Below the pieces are notes generated by a model that did not search any database, was not told the origin of the DNA, and saw nothing but the letters and a program-made list of their open reading frames with translations. Positions 27,171 through 38,645 of a stretch of 64,000 bases of DNA are shown here, piece after piece. The position numbers and the translations under genes were made by a program. Each line of letters begins with the position of its first letter. Position 1 is the stretch's first letter. Source of the stretch: Squalus acanthias (taxonomy: Eukaryota); the NCBI GenBank assembly GCA_030390025.1, contig CM059431.1:108068001-108132000 (forward strand), given 5' to 3'.

Positions 27171-28119
27171 TATCTGCAGGGGCACATGAATTTCTTTCTA
27201 AAGACAGTTTGTTAGGGAATTTCATTAAGTCTTCTGCGCCAATTAAAATGTTCTTTTTATTCTGGTTTGAAAAATTATTTTCTTTTTTTTTAAAAAAAGG
27301 CAGTGAAATCATTTTGAGTTGCAACAAATACGAGAGTCTTCTCCATTACGTAACTGTCGCAGCACCAATCTGACCGTGGAACAGCACTGTTTTATTCTGA
27401 ATGGGCTGTTTCTCACCAATCCTGGTTAATGAGGAGAGGTCGAGATTATCATCTGGCCAGTGGAGGGAGTCATGAACTGTCCCTCCCTCCCTCCAAAGTT
27501 CTCAGTAGGAAGGGATCAGTGTGCTGAACTACAGTTTCTCTTTATCCAAAGCCCCAATATTTTTCGAAGTGGGGGAGGTGTTCTGGTGAGCTACGTCTTT
27601 TCTTCCCTCCATCCCCTGAAATTCCTCTCAATGGGGAGGTGAATCCTGGTGATTCGAAAGCTCCGCACCACCCAGGCATTGCAATTAAACTGCAGTACTT
27701 GTGGGAGTTGATGATCTGAAACTGCCCCACCCCTCCACCCCAGCCCACGGAATTATTTTCTACACAGTAGGGTTGTGATGACACTGCATGCGCCCGCTTG
27801 ACAGGCGTAAAACAGGAGCCATAGCTTGCAATATGGTGGGCGACAGGCGCGGGCGCATTCTACGCTGGAAGTGCATCACACCCCATATTGGTATAAGCCT
27901 CAAAAGAGGCGTCCAGGGCCTGGGCCTTTAAAAGGCATTAGGACCTTTGCAAATGAGGGAAAACAAGTGCTGCACCCCAGGATCATTGCTGCTCCACTTT
28001 TATTCTTGGTGTGTGCATGGGTATGTGTAAGAGTGAAGAAGTAATGATGCAGATAAATCTCTGGTTGTGCCATAGTTGTTCTGTACAGTTCCCGGTGTCT
28101 CATAAGATAAAGGAGATTA

Positions 28120-28600
28120 AAACTCAAAAAGTGCACAGTGCAGATTCACCAAGATGATGTTAGGAATGGAAAACTAGTTATGAAGAGCGACTGGAAATAC
28201 TGGAGTCTTTCCACTGGAGCAGAGAGAGCCAAGCGAAGATTTAGTAGAGGGCGTTAAAATTGTTAAGAGTTTTGATAGAGCGAATAAGGAAAAAAACAGT
28301 GCTTCCGACTGGGACTGATTGACAAGGGATCATCAAATTAATGTTATCAGTAAGAGAATGAGGAGAGAGGTTGGGAGAAACTTTTTTGATAGAGGCACAT
28401 TCGAACGTGGAATGCTTTGGGGCAGAGTCCATTGCAACGTTTAAGGGAAAAGTGGATAAATATTTGAAGAGAAGGAAGATACAAGGCTATGGGGAGGGAG
28501 CAGGGCAGTGTGATTCATTTAGAGTTTCTCTAGCAAAGAGCTGGCACCAATAGGATGGGCCAAATAGTCAGCTTCCTAGCTGTAAACTCCTCTAAAACTA
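28120..28600 (+). mobile_element. Old degenerate CR1 3' fragment
   Basis: gtgcagattcaccaagatg...tttaagggaaaagtggataaatatttgaag...caaagagctggcac. Confidence 0.65.
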
Positions 28601-28799
28601 TTCAAAAGATTTTTCAAACTCAGTGCTTTAACTCTCCCAACGATATCAGTTTTTCTGCTCATTCTACAATTTAGAGATCGCCGGTGTATGACAAACAACT
28701 GTTATGAATAGTTATTCATCCAGACATCTGAAGCATATAAACCTTCTTGTAGTGGTAACAAGACCCCACTGTAGCTGCATTGCAAAAATAATTACATAT

Positions 28800-29489
28800 G
28801 GTCGGATATTCCGATCCCTACGGGTGGGTATGCGCTGTGTACTCACCGGTAGGTACATCGGAAATGCCGGTTTCAGGCATGCACTGTACATGCGTTGGAA
28901 ACTGGCATTTCCGATCTGTCAAGAAAGCACTTTACAGATCCTCCGGCTGCCCAGGAGAAGGGCCTCTGCGGGTGGATAGTTCCGCTTATTGGAGACCCTC
29001 CGCCCGCAGAAAACCCTTACAATTCTTACGCCTGGTAAAAGCAGGCATAAGGCCTGCTTTTACCAGGATAAGAGTTGAAAAAAGTAAAGAATATTTTTTT
29101 TCCCACTGATTTTTCATTTCAAAATACTTTAAAAAAAAAGGTAAGTTGCATTTTAGCCCTGTAAAAAACTTTAATTATTTTTTTAAAAAATTTAATTTTT
29201 GTTTAAAATAGTTAATTTATTGTAATTTCAAGTCATTTTAAAAATGTGAATTTTTTTAAAATTTATTTAAAGTTTTACTATGTTTTGGGGGTGATCTCCA
29301 TTCATATATTTGACAGGTCTTCCTGCGAACTACCTGCGCCTCTGGGATACGTGGGCCCTGCGCACTTGGAGTTTGGAGAGGCCCAGCATCGGAATTGTGC
29401 GCGTCCCGGGAGCCCTCAGGTAAGGGCGCAGATTTTTCCAGATCGCAGCCCTCCGCCCGCGGGAGGCCTGCGATCGGAATATCTGGGCC
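28800..29489. mobile_element. MITE-like element with terminal inverted repeat
   Basis: gatattccgatc at the left end and gatcggaatatc at the right end; GC-rich ends with AT-rich core. Confidence 0.55.
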
Positions 29490-29780
29490 GTAGAATTTAC
29501 AGCACAGAAACGGACCATTTGGGTCAACTGGTCCACACGAGCCTCCTCCCACTCCTCTTCATATCCTTCTATTCCTTTCTCCCTCATGTGCTTATCTAAT
29601 TTCCCCTTAAATGCATCTCTGCTATTCACCTCAACCACTCCCTGTGGTAGCGAGTTCCACATTCTCACCACTCTCTGTGTAAAGATGTTTCTCCTGAATT
29701 CCCGATTGGATTTATTGGTAACTATCTTATATTTATGGCCCCTAGTTTTGGTCTCCCAACAAGTGGAAACATCGTCTCAA
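29490..29780 (-). mobile_element. CR1 LINE 3' fragment
   Basis: VRMWNSLPQGVVEVNSRDAFKGKLDK in ORF 29330..29671. Confidence 0.85.
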
Positions 29781-30179
29781 TGAATAATGGTTCATGAAAG
29801 ACCATATTTTATGCGCTACACTCGGCCCAGAGATTCTAACACCTGGAATACTATTTCTTCCCACAAGCCTATGATAGCTATATTTGTATAAATACAATCA
29901 ACTTATTTTAACATTTGCCAAATTACATTCTGTAAGAATTATCTTGAATCCTGGAAGAAGTATACACTTTAACAGAAGGTAAAAATCATGTTAGAAGTCT
30001 GACAAAATATTATGGTAAGTGAAATTTATCCAGTCTAAGAACGTTTATATCAGCTGTCATTCACCTCATCTTTATTATCTTACAAAAAATCCTTGGCATC
30101 CGATTTACTAGAACTGATTTTTGTTTTTTCTAGCAGCCAACTGAGCTTCAGCAATACCAAAAGTGTAGTGTTGCGAATA

Positions 30180-30840
30180 TCCTGGGGGGTCACCATTGAC
30201 CAGAAAGTCAACTGGACCAGCCACATAAATGCCATGGCTACTAGAGTAGATTAGAGGCTGGGTATTCTGTGGCGAGTAATTCACCTCCTGACTCCCCAAA
30301 GCCTCTCCAACACCTACAAGGTCAGGAGTGTGATGGAATACTCTACACATATCTGGGTGGGTGCAGCTGCAACAACACTCAAGAAGCTGGACACCATCCA
30401 GGACAAAGCAATCCGCTTGATCGGCACTACATCCAGTAGTCTTAACATCCAGCCCCTCCACCACCGGTATCCCGTGGCTGCACTATTGATTATGTACAGG
30501 ACGCACTGCAGCAACTCATCAAGGCTTCTTTGGCAGCACATCCCAAACCTGTGATCTCCACCACCAAAAGGACAAGGGCAGCAGGTGGATGGGAACACCA
30601 TCACCGCCAAGTTCCCCTCCAAGTCTCACACACCATCCTGACTTGGACATATGTCAGCCGTTCCAGGATTTTGACCCATGAAGGAATTCCCTACCTAACA
30701 ACATTGTGGGAGCACCTTCACCACACGGACTGCAGCAGTTCGCGAAGGTGGCCCACCACTACCTTCTCAAGGGCAACTAGGGATGAGGAATAAATGTCAG
30801 CCTTTCCAGCAATGCCCACATCCTGAGAGTGAATTAAAGA
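30180..30840 (+). mobile_element. CR1/L2-group LINE 3' fragment (second lineage)
   Basis: MEYSTHIWVGAAATTLKKLDTIQDKAIRLIG; tail shared with 19528-19925 and SINE 57208-57636. Confidence 0.75.
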
Positions 30841-31515
30841 AATGTTGGTAATAGGTTCATGCGAGAATGCACTTATTTATAAACTTCTAATAGTACAGGA
30901 TAATCACATGTCTTTTCATGTGAAGGGACTTTAAAACATTGCGCTATCCCACAAATTGTTTGTAGCAGATGTGTGCTCCTAAATGGGCAATAAATGCTGA
31001 CCATGCCAGCAACGCCCACATCCCATGAACGAATTTAAAAAAAAAATCACAATAGAGACTACACTTCAGAAGTACTTCATTTGCTGTAAAGCGCTGAGAG
31101 ATGTCCTGAGGTCGTGAAAGGCGCTATAGAATTATAAGTAAGGGCTAAAAATTCATTATAGCCAAGGAATGGGTGGTGTTTAGTCTAAAAATGGTGAATT
31201 AGCAGCAGTTGAAAATTGTCTAGACTGTACGCAAAATTCGTCCTCACTCCTTATTAAAATGATTGCAGCCATGATTCTCGTCTAAATCCAAGCTCATTGG
31301 CGTTACACTGAAAAGATGGACCAATATCGGGTGTAGTCTAAGCGCAAGTAATGATTGCCACAGGCGTTCTTCACTACTGAAAGGGGAGGTCCACTGATGC
31401 TGCAGCACCTCCTTCTCAGCATTGTTGGGTGTGCAGCTGCCTCAACAACCATATGAAGGAGGACAAGGAGAAGGAGCACTTATTTACAAATGCTGGTGGC
31501 AGATCACCACCCCAT

Positions 31516-31733
31516 GGAGAGCCCGGACGTTTTCCGAGGAAGCTTTGGAGGCATTGGTTTTAGCGGTGGCGAGAATGCGGGCGGTCCTGTACCGACTGGC
31601 ATGAAACCCTCGTCACAAGTCTGCCGGACTATGTGGAGGGAGGTGGCACACCACGTCATGGGCAGCACTGTGCTCCCCAGGTCCCACACCCAGTGCAGGA
31701 GGAAGTTTAACGAGCTCATACGGGTGGTCAGGG
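31516..31733 (+). pseudogene. Harbinger Myb/SANT-like DNA-binding gene remnant (frameshifted)
   Basis: RARTFSEEALEALVLAVARMRAVLY (ORF 31422) continues in another frame as WREVAHHV...RSHTQCRRKFNELIRVVR (ORF 31490), followed by a gtgagt donor. Confidence 0.8.
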
Positions 31734-32090
31734 TGAGTGAAGGCTTCAACAAATGCTACATATCATCATCTGTACCACAAACTTCACACACTGCTCAATG
31801 CACCACACCCCCAGCACTCACCCACCAACAATCTCTACCTAGCAACACCACACACACATCTCACCTTGCACACAATGACAGCTATTCAACTATGGCAGGC
31901 ACAAGAGTCATTAGTTATTAGAATTCATGTGCTATATGTGATATATTTATAGATACATTTATTAATGGTTTTTGGAATATTTTGTGGTCTCTCTCATGTC
32001 ACCTTTGCACCCAGGAGGACGCTGTGATATGGCGTGAGACAGGGATGATATGATGGAGATGTGGTGAGCAATGGGGATCTGGGGTTTCAT

Positions 32091-32645
32091 TCATTCGAAT
32101 TGCAGTCTGATGAGCCGGTCACGGACAGCCCATCCAGAAGGCCGATTGTCTCGCTGCCTCTGCCCTCCCTCCTGTTCCTCCTCCTCCTCCTCCTCATCCT
32201 CTTCTTCCTCGTCCTCCTCCTCTTCCTCCTCCTCATCCTTGTCCTCCTCCTCATCCTCTTCCTCCTTATCCTCCTCCTCCTGAGGTAGTCCCGCAATCCC
32301 TGCTGGCAAGGGCTGCGCCCTCATGATGGCCAAGTTGTGGAGCATGCAGCAGACCACGACGAAATGGGACACCCGCTCTGGAGTACACTGGGGGGCTCCT
32401 CCCAAGCGGTCAAAGCAGCGGAATCTGATGGAAGCATGTCTCGCATTATATGAGTGCTGGGCACAAGTGTTGGGGTTGCGGAGGGGAGTCATGAGCCAGG
32501 TGGAGTGCGGATAGCCCTGGTCACCGAGCAGCCACCCTTGAGCTTGATGTGGTGGCTGGAAGAGTGCTGGCACACCGGTCTGGCGCAGGATGAAAGCATC
32601 GTGGCTGCTGCCAGGATAGCGGGCATTCACATTGAGGAAATGCAC
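32091..32645 (-). pseudogene. PIF/Harbinger transposase (HARBI1-like DDE nuclease) C-terminal remnant
   Basis: YPGSSHDAFIL, LLGDQGYP, WLMTP, RFRCFD and CCMLHN motifs; acidic tail; N-terminus absent. Confidence 0.88.
32170..32283. repeat. (CCT/TCC)n-rich microsatellite
   Basis: Direct reading; encodes poly-E/D on the minus strand. Confidence 0.95.
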
Positions 32646-33154
32646 TGCTCACAATCCTAATGAATCGAGTGCCTGCAGGTGAGTACTTCTCGAAATGCAG
32701 CTTCCAGTCACGCCACTCAGTTTGTGAAGCCAATCGCGTTAGGTTTTACTCAGTGGGTTTTGTCACTAGGCGGGACTTCTGACATCGTAGGACCCCGATT
32801 TAAATTCATTCATGAGGCACTGTCTGTTTCTGGTGGGTATGTTTGCCACCTCCGTCAGCTCTGGAGTTAAAATGGCTACCGACGGGTTTCCAGGGGAAAC
32901 AGGGGTGGGGGGGGGGGGGGATGGTTTACGATTTTACCTGCTTATCCTTCCCGTTCCTGTCAGGCAGGTTGAGTCAAAATCGGGGCCAAAGCGTTTTTGT
33001 AGTTCAGTCAGTCCACCAGAAACATCATTATTTCTGCTCTTCCAGCGTTGAAACTAATGTTTTTTTTTGCTTCTGGATATGAAGTTATTCCTCTGCTTAG
33101 GCCTGCCCCCATTCTTCAGCTGTCAAGGTGGGCAGGTGACCTCAGGCCAGTTAA

Positions 33155-33460
33155 GAACATAAGAACATAAGAAATAGGAGCAGGAGTAGGCCCTTCGAGC
33201 CTACTCCGCCATTCAATAAGATCATGGCTGATCTTTTACCTCATCTGCACTTTCCCGCACTATCCCCATATCCCTCGATTCCCTTAATATCAAAAAATTT
33301 AGCGATTTCTCTTGAATATACTCAACGACCGAGCCTCCACAGCCCTCTGGGGTAGAGAATTCCAAAGATTCAGCACCCTCTGAGTGAAGAAATTCCTCCT
33401 CATCTCAGTCCTAAATGGCCGACGCCCTTATTCTGAGGCTGTGATCCCTGGTTCTAGACT
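33155..33460 (-). mobile_element. CR1 LINE 3' fragment
   Basis: aagaacataagaacataagaaataggagcagg tail. Confidence 0.85.
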
Positions 33461-34273
33461 GGTTCTCTGGCCTTATCAGAGACTGGTCATGTGTCAGCTT
33501 TTAGAAAGTATGTGAGCATTGCCCAGGTCCAGACAACAATGCCAAGGCTATTTTTCTGGGTCTGGTAAAATGTCCAGCATTTTATTTGCCGTCTCCCTTT
33601 GGTAGCCGAGATAGCATCGCATGTTGGATCGCAAGAGTCGAACTTTCACATAAAGTACACATCCACATTTAAATTCTATCGAATGCTTTTTGCAGCCTTG
33701 CTTTACAGCAATGGCAGTGACCAACAAATAGAATGAAGTCCCATTAAAGGTTAACGATTTTTGAAAAATAGCTTCAAGTCACACTGATGTGTAACTTTAT
33801 GCAAATAGCTTTCCTCGGCGACATTTGTCAAGGTTCAACTGACTGCTTGTCAATCTTTCTGAACTAACTCATATCTAATACAAATATGCAGTTCATGGTT
33901 TCATATTTTTCCACTGAACACTGTGGTAGGACACAATTCCGTATAATGGCATTGCTTTAAATCAGGATTATAAATAGAAATGGGCCATGCTATTTGAATC
34001 ATTCGGGTGCCCTCTGGTGTATTTTTAATGAGAATAATTTCCACCTGTTCAGACCATTAAGAAGAAGTTACAAGAAAATCATCCCAGTGGAGAGAAATTA
34101 GAAGTGAAATGGCATGGTACGGCACAGCCGTTTATAGAGGTGATGCATCAAATATACAAGGATGGAGCAGCAACTCTGCTTGGGTCTCCACACGATACAA
34201 AGCCACAATTATAAAACTTCAATCTTTGATATTTCATAACTGAGTTTTTTTGCGATTCTGGTGGCTACTATTA

Positions 34274-34735
34274 GTGTCAGCCGTGGCTCAGTTGGTAGCA
34301 CCCTCACCTCGGAGTCAGAAGGTTGTGGGTTCAAGTCCCACTCCAGGGACTTGAGCACATAAATCTAGGCTGACACTCCCAGTGCAGCGCTGAGGGAGCT
34401 ACACTGTCAGAGGTGCCGTCTTTTGGATGAGATGTTAAACCGAGGCCCCGTCTGCTCTCTCTCAGGTGGACGTTAAAGATCCCATGGCACTATTTCGAAG
34501 AGGAGCAGGGGAGTTATCCCTGGTGTTCTGGCCAATATTTATCCCTCAACCAACATAACAAAAAACAGATTATCTGGTCATTATCACATTGCTGTTTGTG
34601 GGAGCTTGCTGAGCGCAAATTGGCTGCCGCGTTTCCCACATTACAACAGTGACTGCACTTCAAAAATATTTAATTGGCTTTGAGACGTCCGGTGGTCATG
34701 AAAGGCGCTTTATAAATGCAAGTCTTTCTTTCTTT
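34274..34735 (+). mobile_element. DeuSINE (SacSINE1-like), full length
   Basis: Pol III A box TGGCTCAGTTGG (34284-34295), B box GGTTCAAGTCC (34328-34338); body ggtgccgtcttttggatgag...gatcccatggcactatttcgaag recalled as Deu-domain-like; tail aaaggcgctttataaatgcaag. Confidence 0.85.
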
Positions 34736-35029
34736 ATTACCAACAGCAATTTTGAATTTCTTCTCCACTAGCAGCACTGCTCAGTGATTCTAACACCCCT
34801 GTACCTCCCCCACTAATCCAACTTTGGGGTCTTTATGCCACATCTGAGGCGGTTGTGCGTATTGAGGAAATCCAGAGCACTCAGGTGAAATGAGTTAGCA
34901 CGAAGCAATCTGGAAGCTATCTTTTCTGAATGTGCTTCAGTATTTAGACGCCACAATGAGCACTGATTATCTATATGGTTTGAAATGGGTTCAGCAGCAG
35001 TTATATTACATGTACCAATCTCAGACTAA

Positions 35030-35425
35030 AAGAAGGAGTTGCACTTATGCAGCGCCTTTCACGATCTCAGGACATCCCAAAGCGCTTTGCAATCAATGAA
35101 GTACTTTTTAAAGTGTAGTCGTCGATGTGATGTAGGAAATGCGGCTGCCAATTTGCACACAGCAAGCTCCCTCAAATAGCAATGAAATGAAAGACCAGAT
35201 AATCTGTTTCAGGTTGAGGTTGAGGGATAAATATTGGCCGGGACACCCTGGAGAACTCTCCTGCGGTTCTACGAAATAGTGCCGCGGGCATGCGGGGCCT
35301 CGGTTTAATATCTTATCCAAAAGGCGGTACAGCACTTTCTCTGCACTGCACTGAAGTGTCAGCCGAGATTTTTGTGCTCAAGCCTCTGGAGTGGGACTTG
35401 AACCCACAGCCTTCTGACTCAGAAT
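35030..35425 (-). mobile_element. DeuSINE, internally deleted
   Basis: Reverse complement of the neighbouring copy. Confidence 0.8.
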
Positions 35426-36122
35426 AATGTGTGTACAACATAATGCTGGGCTGGAAAACCCGAGTTATACTGCTGGCTAGCACATCGCACTCTGGCCAGA
35501 CTTAATGGATCTCCGTGCTTACATGGCACAATTCTATGGCATCTGAATACAGATTAAATTTTAACATTAGGAGGGAGCTGACATGGACATTGGTTCTCTT
35601 CTAACATTGTTGGACGGTCCAGTGAATAACCTGGGAATGTTTTAGATTTGAATTCACACCAGGTGCAGTTATACACCATTGAGCACAAAACCAAAGTGGG
35701 CTCACACCTCCAAAAGATACTTAAGAGTGACTTCAGGCCCAAATTACACAATGGAACCAAAACAACTTCACATTGAAGCAAAATGTGTAGCATATATGGT
35801 CTATTTGTAATTTTTTTTTTTAAAGAGGCTGCAAAGCTGAGCATTTCAAATCAAAAGCATTTCTCTTATCAGGCAGGCCCGAACAGAAATCGGGCAAGTC
35901 TAAATATTTTTGCATCTATTAATGGGTATGGATTTACACAGCGGCACGAATATTTCCAGTCCCAGTTATCAATTTATGTTGGGAAGCAACAAAAAATTTC
36001 CACTCGCCAAATACAAAATTGTGGGAGCTTTTCCAAACAGTCTATAATGTATACACAAGTGTCATTCTTTTCCTACATTACTAGAGTGACTACACTTCAA
36101 AATTACTTTATTGGCTGTGAAA

Positions 36123-36849
36123 CTAAAGGGTACATTTCTAAAGGGGGTGCATGAACAGAGAGACCTGGGGATATATGTGCACAAATCGTTGAAGGTGGCA
36201 GGGCAGGTTGAGAAAGCGGTTAAAAAAGCTTACAGGATTCTGAGCTTCATAAATAGAGGCATAGAGTACAAAAGCAAGGAAGTTATGATGAATCTTTATA
36301 AAACACTGGTTCGGCCTCAACTAGAGTATTGTGTCCAATTCTGGGCACCGCACTTTAGGGAAGATGTGAAGGCCTTAGAGAGGGTGCAGAAAAGATTTAC
36401 AAGAATATTTCCAGGTATCAGGGACTTCAGTTATGTGGATAGACTGGAGAAGCTGGAAATGTTCTCCTTAGAGCAGAGAAGGTTGAGAGGAGATTTGATA
36501 GAAGTGTTCAAAATCATGATGGGTCTACACAGAGTAGATAGAGAGAAACTGTTCCTATTGGCGGAAGGGTCGAGAACCAGAGGACACAGATTTAAGGTGA
36601 TTGGCAGAAGAACCAAAGGCGACATGAGGAAAAGCTTTTTTATACAGCGAGTGGTTATAATCTGGAATGCACTGCCTGAAAGGGTGGTGGAGGCAGATTC
36701 AATCACGGTTTTCAAATAGGATCGAAGGAAAACAATTTGCAGGGCTATGGGGATAGGGCGGGGGAGTGTGACTCGCTGAAGTGCTCTTGCAGAGAGCCGG
36801 CACAGGCTCGACGGGCCGACTGGCCTCCTTCTGTGCTGTAACCATTCTA
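36123..36849 (+). mobile_element. CR1 LINE 3' fragment inserted in a DeuSINE tail
   Basis: ORF 36111..36719 is CR1 ORF2 end; SINE tail ...attggctgtgaaa resumes as tgaaatgctttgggacatcc; TGAAA at 36118-36122 and 36850-36854. Confidence 0.88.
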
Positions 36850-38645
36850 TGAAATGCTTTGGGACATCCTGATGTTGTAAAAGGTGCTATATAAATGCAA
36901 CTTCTTTCTTTCTGTTGGGGAAAACCAGTGCCAGTGTTAGTTATAAATTGACAATTGGGAAGTGTTGGCTTGAAGAGTCAATTGGCAATGTCTCATTTGA
37001 AGCTTTATTAGATTCATGTCAAACAATTTAATCCTGTTAGATCATCTCATTATAAGCTGTGGTTTAATACTGTAAAAGTGAAAAAAATCCACACTTCTGG
37101 GGAGCTAGCCAAATAAAGTCAGTGGTCACAAACATATTTTTACAAATATTTAACAGTGGCATGAACTCCAGTAGTAAATTACTAAAGGGAAGATAAGTTT
37201 TCCCCATCTTGCTCTGGAATCCCCCACCAGAGGAAATAGTTTCTATCTATCATGCAATTTAATCTCTAAAAGTGTGTGTGATACAGAACTTTGAATCCAT
37301 TCCCAGAGATTAAAGTTATATCTGTTCAATAAAATATCTATTAAAGTATACGTCCTTTTGTTGAAAAAAGTTGCGGGGACTTTGCTTTCCAGACAGATAT
37401 TTTGGAGTCAGTGCCATTCTATCAGGCAGCAGTAAATCACAGAAAATTATCATTTACTTTCCGGATAATGGGCCTGACAATCAGCGGGCGGCGATCTCAG
37501 CAGTTATACCAGGATCACATTCACCTGGCCCTTCCTGTGCTGACCATGCCAAGTAGGGGGTGGTCAATTGGTGGTGGGGGCGGGGGGAGGGGGCGGAACG
37601 GGCATCTCACTCACTTGAGCCAGCAGGTACGCACGTCACGTCAAGTGCATCTCATCAGCCCAACCCTCCTGGATAGTCCAGCTTCCAGCTGCCCATCCGT
37701 GGGGTGGAGGTTGTGGGGGGGAGGGGGGGGGGGTGGTGCCATTTCTCCACCCCCTCCTTGCCCCGTTATCTCTTTAAAAATAAAATTGCCCTCATCTTCA
37801 GGAGTCCAAGATGCCACCCTGGGTTAAAGATGTCCCTCCCCCTCCCCCTGGTCCCAATCCCAATGGAACCTCCTGGATGCTGATAGGCCTCACTCCAATG
37901 GGCATACTGGGCCTCCAGATAGGTCCTATTTGGGCTATGCAAATAGGATCTCCCAACATAGGGAGTCCCCACCCCTGGCTCTGCCCCTTAGAAAGCCAAG
38001 CAGAAAATCCCAACTTGGGTTGTGATCCAGCATATCTTGGACCCAGTCTATTTCCAAACTGTTTCGATTGACTCTTGCCAGAGTTAAGGTGGGAACCCGC
38101 TGGAACAGACCAGGAAATTCCACCCTAATATTTTTTTTTGAGACATTCTCAGGGATGTTTTTCTTAACTGTATGCCTCTGCTATTGAATCCAACAGGTTA
38201 ACCCTGCACATTCATTGAATGGAACTCTTTGCTAATCTCTCAAGCATGGTCCAAATCAAGTCTTGAATTCTTGAAACGTACCCAGTTTTAATGGAATCGG
38301 ACCTGCACGGAAACTCCGCAATCTGTCAAAACACTATGCTGTAAACTGGAAGAACACTGCCCGAGTCATTTAGCTATCTTGTCACAATCTTCTCAAGAAA
38401 TACTTCAATACCCTGATCTCATTCTACACGCCAGCAGTATTTTTATTTTGACAGGTTGTCAGTTGAGTCATTGGCTATGGCTGTTCAAGCTAGACAAGAC
38501 AAATCAGGTAACTAAAAGCCACAAAATTTGGGACGCGTTGAATTCCATCCAAATGTATTTGTTACACAGATGTGTGACTATGTGCCAATGAATCACCAGT
38601 ACCATCCCGTAAGACTAATTTTCAAGCTCTAAATCTCTTTTCAGA

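Larger units (their letters stand above)
31142..32987. mobile_element. Decayed PIF/Harbinger transposon (convergent Myb and transposase genes); ends approximate
   Basis: Two-gene architecture; gggctaaaaattc at left and aaaatcggggcc at right resemble the ends of other elements here; no clean TSD. Confidence 0.6.

Noticed and set aside
32061..32296. Poly-Leu, poly-Ser and poly-Arg ORFs
   Set aside because: Alternative frames of the CCT microsatellite
34274..34345. tRNA gene
   Set aside because: A/B boxes belong to a SINE head that continues into the SINE body; the same applies to other copies and to 57208-57300
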